Assembly (NCBI GenBank): GCA_964016885.1
Contig: OZ024741.1
Coordinates: forward strand, 150,598,001-150,662,000
DNA from: Eledone cirrhosa
Lineage: Eukaryota
Reading direction: 5' to 3'
DNA length: 64,000 bases
A model generated the notes under the pieces. It made no database searches, was not told where the DNA came from, and worked only from the letters and a program-made list of their open reading frames with translations. The position numbers and the translations under genes were made by a program. Shown in pieces: positions 1 to 13,740 of the stretch; position 1 is the first letter of the stretch; each line of letters opens with the position of its first letter.

Positions 1-1572
1 CACAATCTGTCTCCAGTTGCGATAAGCCGGGGAGTGGAAAATCCTCCACAGGCGTTGGTTTTGGTTGTGGCGTGGTGGATGGTGTAGGCGCTGGTGCTAG
101 TTCTGGCGCGTTGGGTGGTGGGGGTGTTGGTTTTGCTACTGTTGCTGGGGTTGTTGCTGTTACAGTTGCTTCTGTTGTTGCTGCTACAGTTGTTGCTGCT
201 ATTTCTGCTGCTGATGGTGTTGATGGTTGAGTCACTGTGGTGGGTAAGAGAGGTGGCCTCAACCCTTTAGCCTGAGGGCAGAAAGCCCTTAGGGCGGTTC
301 CTTCACTACAAATGACACACCTAAGTCTTCTGCCCTCGACGATTACGGTGAGGTGGCTGCCGTCAGTGAGGTCTATTACCTCTGGGATCTCTTCAATGCT
401 TTTTTCGTCCGCTTGGATCAGGAGCTCCATCCCAGATCCAGACCAGTTCTCCTGCTTTTCTTTTGCTATTTCTATTATTTTGGTGTTGGCCTCAATGCCG
501 GCGAGGACGGCAGCCATTAGCCAGGGAATTTCGATGGCCGGTGGAACGTGGGTCACCTTGATCTTCACAAGTCTCTGGCCACAATAGCTTGGGACGAGTG
601 TGAAGTCGGCACTTCTTAATGGGGCTATGGAGTGTTCTCTAGCCTCCTGTGGTGCTTCAAAGAACACGTCCACGGTTCCATACTTCTGCCCACGTCTGAT
701 GTTTTTTTTTGCCCACACATGTCCCAAAGCTTTTTGGATTTGGGACTCAGATGCCCGTTCCACTCGGCGCGATTTTATGTTTATTGTCCGATAAGACACG
801 GTGCATAGGCGACATTGCTCCATTTTATTAGGTGGGGGTGGGGGTGGGGGTGAGGCTGACCCTGTACCCATCTTTCTTTACCATTCCTTTGGCTTCGTCT
901 AATTCTTCCTGAGTTACCTGAATCGCTTCGTACGTTTTTGCTACTCTGACAAAACTCAGGGTAGTTTTCTTAATTTCATTGTTGCTGTTGTTATTATCGT
1001 TATTTTTGCTATTGTTAATTTTAGTTTCAGTTGTGGTGGTGGTGGCGTCAGTGGTGTTCGGTATGGAATAGTTCACTTTGGTTGAATTTATTTTGATATC
1101 ATGAGTTAATTTATTTTTTTTTTATTTTGTTTCTGTTGTCGCTGTGGTGATGGTGGGGGTGGTGGTTGTCGCGGTGGTGGTGGCGGCTTTAACACCTGCA
1201 GTCATTGGTAATGGCAGGAAATGAACGTCTGCCTGAGACAAATTTAAAATATTGCTACTGCTTACAATTCCAGTGTTGGCAAACGTAGCAATGTTTACAA
1301 TGGTGGTGTCGGTGTGAGGTGTTGGATTGTGAGGAAGGAGTGAATCTGAGTCATCCATTATTTTTCAAAGAAAAAATATTTTGTTTGATAATTATAAAAA
1401 ATTTAAAGTTTGGGTTCAAGGCCCCAATATTTTTCAGTGTCCTTTCCAGAAATCAATGTATGTGCACTTATATATAGTTAACAATAAAAATTTTCCATAA
1501 ATGGCAATTTTAAATAACTGAAAATAAACCTTTGCGGAGCTCACGATGATACGATTCACTACGTAGGTCGCC
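1..1572 (-). mobile_element. Tx1/L1-type LINE copy A: 5' UTR and degraded ORF1, runs off the left edge of the window
   Basis: Minus-strand translation near 250-460 gives ..ENWSGSGMELLIQ..IPEVIDLTDGSHLTVIVEGRRLRCVICSEGTALRAFCPQ..RPPLLPT. This is homologous to ORF1 at 6022-7293 (EDWSGMDLEILLQ..IPDFARLQDGTTIQLMIDGRRPRCFVCGKATHLQAFCPQ..KPPLLPT). Thr/Asn-rich N-terminal ORF pieces at 828-1358. The 5' end abuts (AAT)7 at 1573. Confidence 0.8.
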
Positions 1573-1869
1573 AATAATAATAATAATAATAATGATTTCA
1601 TTTATTAGCGACAAGGGCCGACATGTAGGGGACAATACAAAGACAGGGACAGTGGGGGTTTACAATAAGGTCGAGTAAAAGTGCACAATGGCAAGACTAA
1701 TTTAACAATGAAAATATAAAATATAAAATAAACTATGCAAAATATAACAAAATAAATTCCCCGATAGGGGGTGGACGACCCTGGGGTGATTCGGGTACCC
1801 CACCAATCCTGAACCACCCTGCGATTCTAGGGCACCCAGGAGAGCACCCCTCTCCTCAAGTTAGCTAGC

Positions 1870-4800
1870 CTATAGGCGCATGGTCAGAGTAGGCCCATTC
1901 ACACGAGCCATTCTCGCCACATTCACCCACCTTTTAGCAAATGTACTGGGGGCAGCACTTCTCTCTCCACCCTCACCCTCCTTTCCAGGTGAAACTTGAA
2001 GAAGTTGATGAGGGATTGGCCGAAGAGAAAAGTGTCTGTCTTTAGTCCTTTCAACCTGGTCCACCATATAATCTCTTTCGCAACTGCCACCAGACAGAGG
2101 AAAATGTCCTGCTCTTCCTGACCTAAGGAAGGTGGCGGCTCGATCTTCACTATGGACTCGGCCGATAACTGGATTCGTTCCACACGCGACAGTAGCTGTT
2201 CGACATAACTCCACAAGTCAGTAATGCACGGACATTGGACAAGTGCGTGCAGAACGGTTTCGTCGTTCTGTGCGCATCTTGGGCAGGTCCGTCTGACAGC
2301 ACTTCCGTGCCTGTAGAGTTTATCCCGAACCGGCAGTGCCCCCCGGTAGCACTGCCAAGCGAGGGATTTCTGGAAATTGTCCATCGTCCCCGGCTCAAAA
2401 GTCCTCCGGTACAGACTGGTCAGTTCGACTTCGTCGAGGCCCAAAGCTTCTCCGAGTGCGTCATCGCACTTGCCCACCACTAATCCTCTATAAAACTCGA
2501 GAGTGGAAGTTCCACTGATCGCATTGCCCGCTTGGTAGAGGGCAGTGAGTGCCTGGCAACATTCCAGGTGCCAGTCACCCAGTCTCGGTCTCTTCTTGAC
2601 CCAGGACTGCAGCTCAGTCAAAGAAATGAGCTGCGGAAAGGCCCGTCTGATAAACGGCGACCACACCTGTTCACCATTGAGGCAGAATATCTGGAGATGT
2701 CGCAGCCTCAACGCATGTCTGCGCATCATTAGCCACGGCATGCCCAGCCCTCTGCGTAGAGGGTGCTGGCAGCAGATGGACCGCCTCACCAACGGAACTT
2801 GTCCCCTCCACAAGAATTTGAAGAGGAGCCGTTCCAACTTGACGAGGCGCGGACGGGGGCAAGGCACGACGGTTAGGCGGTAATAGATGACGGACGCGAT
2901 GTACGCATTCGCCACCTCCGCGCGACCTTTCAGTGATAGCTTCCTCCCAGCCCATTTTTGGGTGAGACTGGCTACTCTGCTCGTTACCTCGTCCCAATTC
3001 TTTTCCACCTGGAGGTCTGGTCCGAACCAAACCCCGAGCAACTTTACTGGTCCGTCCGTCCAGCGCCCCACGACGCTGTTGGACGGCATGGGCTTGCCTC
3101 TCCAGGTTCCGAGCTGCAAGCCCACCGACTTTTCTGGGTTAAGTTTGGCTCCTGTCAACCTTTCATATTCTTTCAATAAGGTGCCGACCACCTCGATTTC
3201 TGAGGTGTTCGACACCATCACGGTGATGTCGTCCGCATAAGCTGACACCGCCTTTCCACGTCCCGGTTCGAGCGGGATGCCCTGCAACAGCTCCAGCTAC
3301 CGCAGTAAAGGCTCGAGAGTCAATACGTACAGAAGGGAAGAGAGAGGGCACCCTTGACGGACCGATCGGGAAAGCCGAAATGGTTCCGAGAGGTGGCCAT
3401 TAACTTTGACCACCGAGCGTGTGCCGCTGTGCATTGCAACGATCCAGCTTCTAAAGACAGGGCCGAAGCCAGCTGCTTTGAGGACAAACTCCAGATACCG
3501 ATGGTCGACCCTATCGAATGCTTTCGATTGATCTAAATTGATCAGTGCCCCACCGAAGCCAGGTTTACACCCTACCCTCTCTATGATGTATCGCATGAGG
3601 TGGAGATTGTCGTGTATGGACCTGGCTGGGATTGCGCAAGTTTGCGCCTCCCCAACCAAATCCTCGACGACAAGCGCCAATCTCTTTGCTAACACCTTGG
3701 CCAAAATCTTAAACTCTGTGTTGAGCAGAGTTATGGGCCTGAATTTGTCTAATGTATCCCTCTTGTTCTCGTCTTTCCTTATAAGCGTCACCACTCCCCT
3801 GTTCACAGAACTGGGAATACTCCCATTCTGCTGCCAGTTACAGTAGAGTGCTTCGAGGAGTTCGGAGAACAAGTCTGGCATATTTACGTAAAGCTCGTAG
3901 GGCAGGCCATCCAAGCCGGGTGACTTGCGCCTCATGCAGCCGACAAGGGCGTCCTGAATTTCGGCTGAAGTAATCGGCCTTTCGCAGCGCTCAGCGTCGA
4001 CCGTCGAGATGCGCGGCAAGCCGTCAAGGTAGGGACTGAAATCCGCTACTCTCTCTGACCCGCCACTCTCCCCGAACAACCGAGCAAAGTGCTGGCGAAA
4101 GGCCTCACACATCCGCTTGGAATCGCTTATCTCGTGTCCGTCTCGGTCCGCCAAAGACCGAATTGTGGTTTTATTACCACGCTGCGCCTCCGCCACGCGG
4201 GCCCATCGAACAGCTTTAGTTCCCTCGTTTCTCAGCGCACGCGCCTTAGCTCTGACAATGCAACCTTCGTGTTTGGCATTGAAGAAATGGTCTAATGCCA
4301 TTCTCGCTGCTAGCACGTCAGTTGCGATGCCACTACAAATAGCATCGTCTAACTTATCTACCAGCCCCCCCTCCTTTCTATTTTTCTCTAACGCTAGTTC
4401 TTTGCTGAACTCTATCGAAGTTACTCTAATCTCTCTTTTGAGAGCCCCCCCACCATCTGTTGTTGATGATCCCCCCTGTCAACTTTTGCTTAACTAACTT
4501 ATTGACTCGGTTCCTGTAAGCCTTACGTGCCGGAAATGACATGTTCAGCTTCCAGTAACCCGGTCCTAACCTACGCGTTTTATTTAGGTCGACCGTACAG
4601 ATCACAAATTTGTGATCTGAATAGGCGACCGTTTTAAAAAGTGGACAGCCCACACTATTTCTATCTATTTTCCTAATGAAGATTCTGTCTATATACGATC
4701 TAGATGACCCCATTCGGTTGGTCCATGTCCATACTGGCACATTGGGGATATCTAGTCGATACCTGTCAGACAGTTGGAACTGGCTGAGTAGGTGCTTGAG

Positions 4801-5292
4801 GCTTTTGCAACCCCCGCTCCTATCGGCTACTCCCACACAATCCCAGCGTGCGTCTAAGATGCCATTCCAGTCCCCCGCTAACAGTAAAGGGCGAGACGTA
4901 CCCGGAAAGGTCTCCAGGCGCCTAAAGAAGTCAGGTCGTCCGGCCCCTGTAGGGGCGTAGGCGGCCAGCAGTCTAAAGGCACCACCTTCGCTACTGCTCA
5001 CATCCAAGACCACCAACTTACCGTCCGGGTCCCGGAAGATCGACCTTACCTCGAGATCCAGTCCTTTCCTAAACAGCACTGCCACCCCCCCCCCCATTCC
5101 CGGCCTGCTAACAGATGCAAAGATCTGATAGTTGTCGAAAATGGGGGCTAGTGCACGCGTGTCGGAAATTCTGGTCTCGCTTACGGCAATCACATCCATT
5201 TGCAGCGACCGGAGGTCGTTGAGCAGGCGACCCTGCTTCCAGGGTGACCCCAGGCCGCGAACATTTAAACTTCCTACTCTTAATATGGCCAT
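1870..5292 (-). pseudogene. Tx1-type ORF2: APE endonuclease - reverse transcriptase - C-terminal zinc finger, frameshifted
   Basis: APE motifs SLNVRG, SET, GDWN, SYIDR, SDH (4426-5292). RT motifs KSPGLDG, FRPITLLN, LDQSKAFDRVDH, RQGCPLS (3297-4316) and AYADD (1923-3287). C-terminal CPRC..ETVLHALVQC. Confidence 0.92.
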
Positions 5293-5301
5293 ATTGGTAA
5301 G

Positions 5302-7293
5302 CTAAGAGAGAGAGAGGGAAGGTTTACTTACCTCCCGGGTCTTGTGAAGGTCGGGTGGTTCGACCTCCATGGTTGGTGGGGTTTCTTTTGGGAACCCCTT
5401 TAAAAGTCTTGATGTGGGTTTCACATTCGGGTTTCCCACGTCTTGAGGAAAGCTCTCTTGAATTTCTTTGAAAGAATTGAGTGACATTCGGATCAGAAGC
5501 AAATCTTCTGGCACGCAAAATGTGCTCATTTCAAAAATCTCCCCCTCTGTTTGAATGTCCTCGCTTCGCGCTAAGTGGGCCATCAGTTTATCGTTGGCCC
5601 TTCTGACAAGCACGAAGTTTTTAACATTTTGTTGGTGTGGTTTTATTTGTTTTCGTTTTGGTGAAGGTGGTGGCGATGGTTTTGGTGGTGTTGTTTCGGG
5701 TATGTCTATGTTTGTTGTAGGTGTGGTGTCTGCAATTTCAGGTATTTGTGTGTTTATTTGTACTTGTGTTTGTTTAGGTTGTTTGCGTTTCGGGGATTGT
5801 GGAGGTGGTGTCGATGTTGCTGATGGTGCTGATGTTATTGGGGAAGTGTCTGCGTTAGTGGTGTCTGTATTTTTTGTTGTGTGTGTTTTTGTGGTTTGTA
5901 GGGGCTTTTTTTTTGTGTGTGAGTTTTCTCTGTTTTTTTGCACTTTTGGGTTTTCCTTCATCTTCGCTGCTGGAAGACAAAGGGTCTGTGTCTGTGAGTG
6001 TCTCTGTGTCTGTGTGTGCGTTTATTTTTTTTTTTTGTCTATGTATATAGTTGGGGGGGGGGGGGTAGGGGGAGTGGGAGAGCTTTCCTCGTTTTCTCCT
6101 TGGATTGGTTTTGGTGTTGGTGGTGATCCGGCTGCTTTTGATGTTGGTGTCCGTGTTTTTGTTGATGTTGTTTTTGGTGGTGGTGGTGGTGGTGCAGCTT
6201 TCCGTGCTGACACTGGCGTTGGCAACAAAGGAGGTTTGCGACCCCCTGCATTTTTGCGCTGAGGGCAGAAGGCTTGAAGATGCGTGGCTTTCCCGCAAAC
6301 GAAGCAGCGTGGCCTTCTTCCGTCAATCATTAGTTGGATTGTTGTCCCGTCCTGCAGGCGGGCAAAATCTGGGATGTTATTTATATCCTCCGGTTTCATT
6401 TGGAGAAGAATCTCCAAATCCATTCCGGACCAGTCTTCTCTCTCTGTCCTTTTGATGTCCAGGAGGGTGGTGTCTGTCCCCTCCTCGATTACGCATCCCA
6501 GCAGCCACCATATGTTCATTCCTGGTGGGATGCTGGGAATGCGTACCTTCACTGTCCTTTTACCCATATAGGACGGATGCATGATAATGCGTTCCGTTCT
6601 GCAGGGGATCACCGAGTGCTTAATAGCGAGGGCCTCGGATTTGAACAGTACCGAGATGGTACCGAACTGTTTGCCTCTTGCTTTGTACTCTATGTTACTT
6701 CCGATGTACTCCAAAGCAGCCTCTATCTCTGCTTGGCTCGCAAGTTCCACTTTTCGTGTCTGCACCGAAATACATCGAAAGAGCACCGTCCTCCTTTGCA
6801 TGGCCGCTATTGCCTCGTCCGGGATGGTCAGGTTTGCCCAGGACTTCTCCCGTTTAATTAGCCTCCACGCTTTGGCTAACTGTTCGTCTTTATCGCTAAT
6901 ATCAATATCGATATTCAATAAGCGCTTTGTTTTTGCTGCTGCTGCTGCAGCAAATGTGGTGTTTCTGATGCTCTTATTGTTGTTGTTGTCATTCTTGCTG
7001 TTGCCACAGCCATCCTTGTTTACATTGAAGCTGTCGGTGTTTTTGTCGTTATTGCTCTGAGTTGTTGTTGTTGTGGTGGTGGTGGTGGTGGCGGTGGTGG
7101 TGATGTCGTTTTCAGATGATACTGCTGCTATGCCAGAAGATTGTGATGGTAGCTTTTTAGTTTTGCCTTCACATTCAGTAGAGTGGATGACAGGCGTGAC
7201 TGTAGCCGTCGTAGTCGTGGTGAAATCTGCAGTGGCTGCCTTTAAACTTTTGACCTGAACGTTGTTTACCGTTTCAAGGTCGAAAATTTCCAT
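5302..7293 (-). pseudogene. Tx1-type ORF1 (gag-like nucleic-acid-binding protein with zinc knuckle), split near 5960-6070
   Basis: 6022-7293 ORF contains CFVCGKATHLQAFC (CX2CX4HX4C). The Pro/Thr-rich continuation 5302-5961 is separated by poly-G, poly-T and (TG)n slippage tracts. Confidence 0.75.
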
Positions 7294-7533
7294 AATTTTC
7301 TTTTGGTGGGGAAGCGATTTTTTTCGAAGATTTTAAAAATAAATCTGAATATTCGGGCTTAAAGCCCGAATATTGAGAGGTATCCCTCTCTTTAAATCAA
7401 GATGTGTACCTTAAGTTTCGTTAATGACAAGAAAAAAAAAAAAAAAAGACACTTTAAAACAGCTTAAAGCTACGAACCGTTTCCCCCGCAGACTTGTCTG
7501 TCTTCACACATGTGCTGATAATAATAATAATAA

Positions 7534-10500
7534 AAATGAAGTAAATTGTAACACTTTAAATCTCAGGGTTGGGGCAGAATCACTGACAGCAGAACAAATT
7601 AAAGAAAGGATCGAAAAAGTGGAAGGAGTGCATGCTCAATATGAAACTCAAAATGAAAACAATGAGATCATCAATGATAAAGAAATGAATGTGAATGAAT
7701 TCGCCAACTTGAAGAATGAAATTATGATCAAATGGATGAAAATGAAAGAATCTGACATGGGGGAACGAGACACTCTCCCTAAGATCCAGAACTCCAAACA
7801 AAACCAACGGAAAAAATACAATACTAACATAGCTCTCAAAAACATTATCATCACAAAAAAACTAAACATTACTGATCTAAATCATATCTACTATGCATCG
7901 CCTAAAGTCACCACTCACTTATGTGCAGTGAAAATGAAAAAAAACAAAGGAATTTCTACAAAAAACATACTTGGCAAGGGAACATCAATCGCCAAATAAA
8001 CCTTCTCCGATCTGACATAGAAATGTTAGCAAACTACAAAGTAGGTGAACAGGTTAAACAAACTAAACTTAGAAAATTGAAAAGAAAATACAATATAAAA
8101 CCAACAAGTGACATAGACATGCTGATAGAAACGATCAAGCAAAAAGTGTCGGCCAAAGCTGCTCGTATAAGGCGCTTTGAAAAACGCTCTAGATTCTATA
8201 AGGACAATAATATGTTCAAATACAACCAAAAAAACTTCTACAGAAAAATTGGCAAGTCAACAATAACTGCTAAATCAATACCACCCAAGGAGGAAGTGCA
8301 AGAATTCTGGGAAAAGATCTGGGCCGAAGAAAAAGTTCATAATATACATGCCCCATGGATAGATAGACAAATGAAAGATACAGCTCACCACGAGGAACAA
8401 ACATGGGAAAATATAACAGTTGAACTCTTAGAAATCGTTTAGCTCTTAGAAATCCAGCAAATGGAAATCCCCAGGGCAAGACAAAATATCAAATCTTTGG
8501 ATAAATGCCTTTACAGAGTCTCATGAGCTGTTAGCCCAACTTTACTATGAAATGGTTAAGGAGCCAGAAAAGATACCATCGTCGCTAGTTAACTGCATTA
8601 CATTCCTGCTACCGAAGAATGATGAGACAAATAATCCCAAAAATTACAGACCGATAACTTGCTTGACCACAATGCATAACATTTTAACATCAGTCCTAAC
8701 TGAATATACATATGATCACCTGATAACAAATTATCTATTTCCTAATGAGCAGAAAGGGTGTATACGAAGCTCATATGGCTGTAAGGATCAGCTTTTGGTT
8801 AACAAAATGATACTGGAAGATTGTCATAATAGACACAAAAATCTATCAATTGCTTGACTAGATTACAAAAAAGCATTCGATAGTGTTGCCACACAGTTGG
8901 ATTGAAAAGAGTTTAGAGATTTTCAAAATATCTCCCGTTGTCAGGAGGTTCTTGTCATTCAGTATGAAAACATAGAAAACAACACTCCTTTTGAATAGTG
9001 AAAAAAAATCCTTGGAAGCTGGAGAAGTTAATATTAATTGTTGAATTTTTCAGGGTGACTCTTTATCACCGCTTTTATTCTACATCACACTTATACCATT
9101 AAGTAAAATGCTCAATGAAACAAAACATGGATATAAAGTCCATGACAAAACCATTAATCCCTTGTTCTACATGGATGACCTGAAACTATTTGTAAAAAGT
9201 GATGACAAATAGCAAGGGTTATTATCCAGTTTAGTGATGATATTAAAATGGAGTTTGGACTAGATAAATGCGCCAAAGCCACTTTCACCAGAGGAAAGCT
9301 GCTGAGAAGTTAAGACATTAATCTTGATCGAGGGAATGTGATAAGAGAACTTAACCAAGAGGAAACTTACAAATATCTAGGTGTTTGTGAGGGAGACGGA
9401 ATCAATGAGGGAAATGATAAGCAAGGAATGTTACCGCAGCGTAAGAGCAATCTTAAGAACGGAGTTGAATGCAAGGATCGATGCCATAAACACTCTTGCC
9501 ATACCAGTAGTAACCTACAGTTTCAATGTCATCAACTGGTCAAGCACAGAGATCCGTAGGCTCGATACAAAAATTAGAAAATTCTTAACCATGCACAGAA
9601 TGCACCACTCTAAGGCAGATACATATAGAACCCTAGGAAAGAAGGAGGACGTGGATTAATCCAGTTAGATATTGCTTTGAAAACTGCAACAGTTGGATTA
9701 TCTACATATCTAAGGGAGGCACATGATTGGATGATCAAACTCGTTTCGGAACATGAAAGCATCAAAAGATCATACTCCATTACAAAAGATGCACAAAGAT
9801 ACAGTAATGAACTACACATTTCAGAAGTTCCATTTACTGCTGAAATGAAAAACACAGAAAAAGCAAAGCAGGTAAAAGTAACTGCAAAGAAAGAACTGCT
9901 ACAGAAACTGGCTAAGAAATGGCAAGAAAAGCTTCTGTATGGAAAATACCCAGACCGAGCTAACAATCCTGATGTTGACAAAACTTTAACCCATCAGTGG
10001 TTGGCATCCTCTGGACTGAAATCGGATACTGAAGGACTGATTATATCAGCAGAAGATCAGTGTCTGCCAACAAAAAATTACCAAGCCGACATAATAAAAA
10101 ATGGATGCAGCTCATTATGCCGTGTATGTAAAAAACAACCAGAGACCATTGATCATATAATTGCAATGTGCAGTCCTATAGCTCCAACCGAATACCTAAA
10201 CAGGCATGACAGAGCTGCACAATACATACATTGGATAATGTGTAAGCATTTTGACCTGCCCCATCAAAAGAATTGGTGGGAGCATCAACCACCTCCCATA
10301 CTTGAAAAAGATCACATCTCAATCTTGTGGAACTTTAGCATCCAAACAGACCGAAAAATAGATGCAAATAGACTCGATATAATACTGAAGGACTTTAAAA
10401 AGAGGGTATGTCTGCTAATTGATATGTCCGTTCCAATAGACAAGATTGTATCTATAAAAAACATTTGAAAAATTGAGCAAGTATAAGGACCTGGAGATAG

Positions 10501-10825
10501 AAATTGGAAAAATGTGGAAGTTGAGAACTAAAACAATACCAGTGGTTGTAGGCGCTCTAGGAATGATACTTAAGGGGTCTAATGATTACTTATTGCAAAT
10601 CCCAGGAAACCCGCGTATAGAAGAAATACAAAAGATAGTACTAATGGGAACTGCCCATATACTAAGGAAGATTTTGTCAATATAAGTATATCACAAGTCT
10701 AAACACCTAAAGATGCATGCATGTGTATGTATATTCTTTCTTGAACATGGCGGACCTTGTTGTCTCTTGAGGTCACTGGTTGTGACTTGGTGATAACTCG
10801 TATGAACATAAAGCAAGATAAATGC
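7534..10825 (+). mobile_element. R4/Dong-type non-LTR retrotransposon (RT + CCHC + restriction-like endonuclease), 5'-truncated, degraded
   Basis: NYRPITCL, GCKDQLL, DYKKAFDSV, FQGDSLSP and FYMDDLKL across broken frames. CRVC..ETIDHIIAMC, RHD, RLDIIL..LIDMS, KYKDL and GTAHILRK at the C-terminus. Flanked by (TAA)n on both sides. Confidence 0.88.
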
Positions 10826-11080
10826 AATAATTGTTTCTACTTTTGGCGCAAGGCCAGCAATTATATCAGTACATTACTGGTACTTTATTTTATCGACGCC
10901 GTAAGGATGAAAGGCAAAGTTAACCTCGGTGGGATTTGAACTCAGATCATAAAGGAGCGCAACTCTATGCTGCAAATAAATGCAATAATAATAATAATAA
11001 TGTTTCTACTTTTGGCACAAGGCCAGCAATTATCCCAATGCATTACTGGTGCTTTAAGGCAGTTAACCTCGGCGGGATTA
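10826..11080 (-). mobile_element. Two truncated copies of the tRNA-derived SINE (family S1)
   Basis: Match the full copy at 51904-52092. The first copy is flanked by an ATAAATGCAATAAT duplication (10818-10831 / 10976-10989). Confidence 0.85.
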
Positions 11081-11404
11081 TAATGATAACGAAAATGATG
11101 ATAATAATGAAGACAGGTAAAACGAGACCAACAAACTGCAAAAATTTGACTGTACGAGAGCAGAATCAACCAGCATAAACATTAGACCAGATGTGGAAAA
11201 AAAGCCATCTATTTTTTGAGAAAAATACCACGCACAATGACAACACATATTGGATAAAGTAAGTTGAAAAATTACATCGAAAATGTTGAGGCACAAAAAT
11301 TCGAAAGCACAAGAAAACGGATGTAAAGTAGAAAGCTACAGGATCAGATCTCGTGCATGGTTACTGGCTGAGGGAGTTTAGAAATTTACAAGAAACCAAA
11401 ACAG

Positions 11405-11540
11405 TGTAGCTCAGTATCGGTAGAGGGTCGGACGCCATGCTTTGGCGCATAGATTTACGGCTCTTGCCATTCTGAGTTCAAATCCCGCCGAGGTTAACTT
11501 TGCCTTTCATCCTTACGGGATCGATAAAATAAAGTACCAG
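11405..11540 (+). mobile_element. SINE S1 copy, 3'-truncated
   Basis: CAGTATCGGTAGAGGGTCGGACGCC...GAGTTCAAATCCCGCCGAGG...AAAGTACCAG. Confidence 0.85.
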
Positions 11541-12194
11541 GACAAAGTACAAGAAAATCTACTAAAGTTGGTGAATGGTCAGGGTTAAACAAAGCTAAAT
11601 ATTAAATCTACAACACAGTAATGGGATGGATCTCTCTGATGGAGTCCCACACAATATATCAAACATGGGTGATAAGAAAAGAAGAAAGAAGTAAGTCAAG
11701 AGAACTTGAGAAGGGGTGGCATAAGTTACTCCGAGGATCAGAGACCATTGTAGTAACGGTAGAAAGAGGCAGAAGGAGAAGACAATGTCTGTAGGCCAAA
11801 AACTGGAGATAATGAGAAAGTGATTAGTCAAGTGACTAAATGTTTAGATGCTATATTGACCCTTACCGGTGCAGCTGTCAATATTATTTCTTCTGAACAC
11901 AACGGTCTTTTTATTAACGAACTTAATTAGCTCTAGAACCGCGTGAACTATTTTTTGAAAAATAGTTTGTCTTTAATGAACTTGCACAAATTATAAGAAT
12001 GGGTAGAAAAACTTGATGACGGTGAGCATAAATACACTATATATATATATATATGAAAAGATTCAAGACCCCGACAGCTGAGTTCCGACCGTTTCGACAG
12101 CTGGATCTGAACACATATTACCCACTCTACTACCCCAAGTATCGAGTACTCTGGTGGGTTATGGTCCACCTGGTTTTTTTTTTACCAAACCCTA

Positions 12195-12233
<39 letters not shown>

Positions 12234-12357
12234 AAAGGATGTATATAATATACATATATAGATTATTACACACATGCAATAAATATAGATGTTTCTACAC
12301 ACACACACACACAGGCACACACACACATATATACATACACACATTCATACATACATG

Positions 12358-12431
<74 letters not shown>

Positions 12432-12546
12432 CATGCATTCATACAAGCATGCATACATGCCTACTATCATACAAACATTTAGAAAAAAATCCCAGTAAAA
12501 ACCAACAAAAATATATACGCACTAAAACAGCCGTAAAGAATTACAA

Positions 12547-12578
<32 letters not shown>

Positions 12579-12869
12579 ACAAACAGTCAACCACACAACA
12601 TAAAAATAACAAAACACGCAAGAATGCACAATTCTCATTACCTCGAGATAAAAAACAAACAAATAAACAAAAACAACAACAAGAGACAACAACAACAGCA
12701 ACAACAACAAAAAATGTTTCATTCTCCATTTAATTAATGTACGAACGAAGAAGATCTAATATTTAGAATTTACTACTGGCAGCTACGAAGATGGTAAAGA
12801 ACAAAAAAATATGGTTAGTTCGTACATATTGTATTTTTGAAAATATGTTTGTATCTTTGATGAAGGATC

Positions 12870-13180
12870 TCATATATGCTAAATCTTTGTCATTGGAGGA
12901 AGAAGAGGTGGAGGAGGAAAATAATCATTTAATTAGTGCTGTTGTTGTTGTTGCTGCTGCTACTGCTGAAGTTGTTGCTGTTGTTGTTGTTGTTGCAGTT
13001 GTGTTGTTGTTGCTGTTGTTGATACTTCTGTTGTGGCTGTTGCTTCTGCTGTTGTTATTCTGATTGTTGATGCTGTTGTTGTTATCGTTGTTGTTGCTAT
13101 TGTCCCTGAGGTTAAAGTTACTGCTGTTGTTGCTGTTGCTTTTATTCATGTAGTTGTTATTTTTGTTGTTGCTGCTGCAA
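12870..13180. repeat. Degenerate (GTT/GCT)n trinucleotide low-complexity tract
   Basis: Directly visible in the sequence. Confidence 0.85.
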
Positions 13181-13384
13181 TGTCGATTATTACGAAGAAG
13201 TGAAATAATTTAGGTAGTTTTCTTTATTTCAAACAATTTTTATGCTTGTGATTTAAGCAGAGCCAAAAATAAGAGGAAAAAAGGAAGAAATTCTACCCAC
13301 ACAAAACTACCCAACTGTATCTGCCACCTTATATTCTGCATGATTGCTATATAAAACACTTGCTATTATATATAATAAATACAG

Positions 13385-13740
13385 GGTGGTGGATTGGCAG
13401 TATCGTTAGAGTGTCGAACTACATGCTTTGCAGCATAGAGTTACGACCCTTTACGGTCTGATTTCAAATTCCGCCGAGGTTAACTTTGCCTTTCATTCTT
13501 ACTGGGTCGATAAAATAAAGCACCAGTAACGTACTTGGGTTAATTTAATTGACTTTCCCCTCCCCCCAAATTGCTGGTCTTGTGCCTATACACGAAACCA
13601 TTATATATAATAAATGCAGGGTGGTGGATTGGCAGTATCGTTAGAGTGTCGAACAACATGCTTTGCGGCATAGAGTTAGACCCTTTGCGTTCTGAGATCA
13701 AATCCCGCCGAGGTTGGCTTTGCCTTTCATCCTTACGGAA
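13385..13740 (+). mobile_element. Two tandem diverged SINE S1 copies
   Basis: GGTGGTGGATTGGCAGTATCG head occurs twice (about 13385 and 13620), each followed by a B-box-like segment and CTTTGCCTTTCAT. Confidence 0.85.

Larger units (their letters stand above)
1573..7517 (-). mobile_element. Near full-length Tx1/L1-clade non-LTR retrotransposon (copy B), ORF1 + ORF2 with frameshifts, (ATT)n tail
   Basis: ORF1 with a CCHC knuckle, then APE, RT and C-terminal zinc-finger ORFs in order on the minus strand. 3' tail (ATT)7 at 1573-1593; 5' end abuts (TAA)n at 7518. Confidence 0.92.

Noticed and set aside
5555-7258. Long plus-strand hydrophobic ORFs (235, 175 and 159 aa)
   Set aside because: Antisense shadows of the Thr/Pro/Lys-rich Tx1 ORF1.
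11110-11400. Possible second R4-like RT fragment (GSDLVHGYWLREF)
   Set aside because: Only one short motif; insufficient support.
12060-12115. Partial hammerhead-like GAAACGGTC on the minus strand; similar partial motifs near 18735-18800, 38235 and 39760-39800
   Set aside because: CUGANGA or stem I is missing or broken, so they are too degenerate to call.
12195-12733. ORFs rich in IY, HT, CV or SL dipeptides, here and at 14.5, 17.1, 23.1, 24.4-24.9, 37.2-37.9, 49.7, 50.9 and 51.6 kb
   Set aside because: Stop-free translations of (TA)n, (CA)n and (GA)n microsatellites, not genes.
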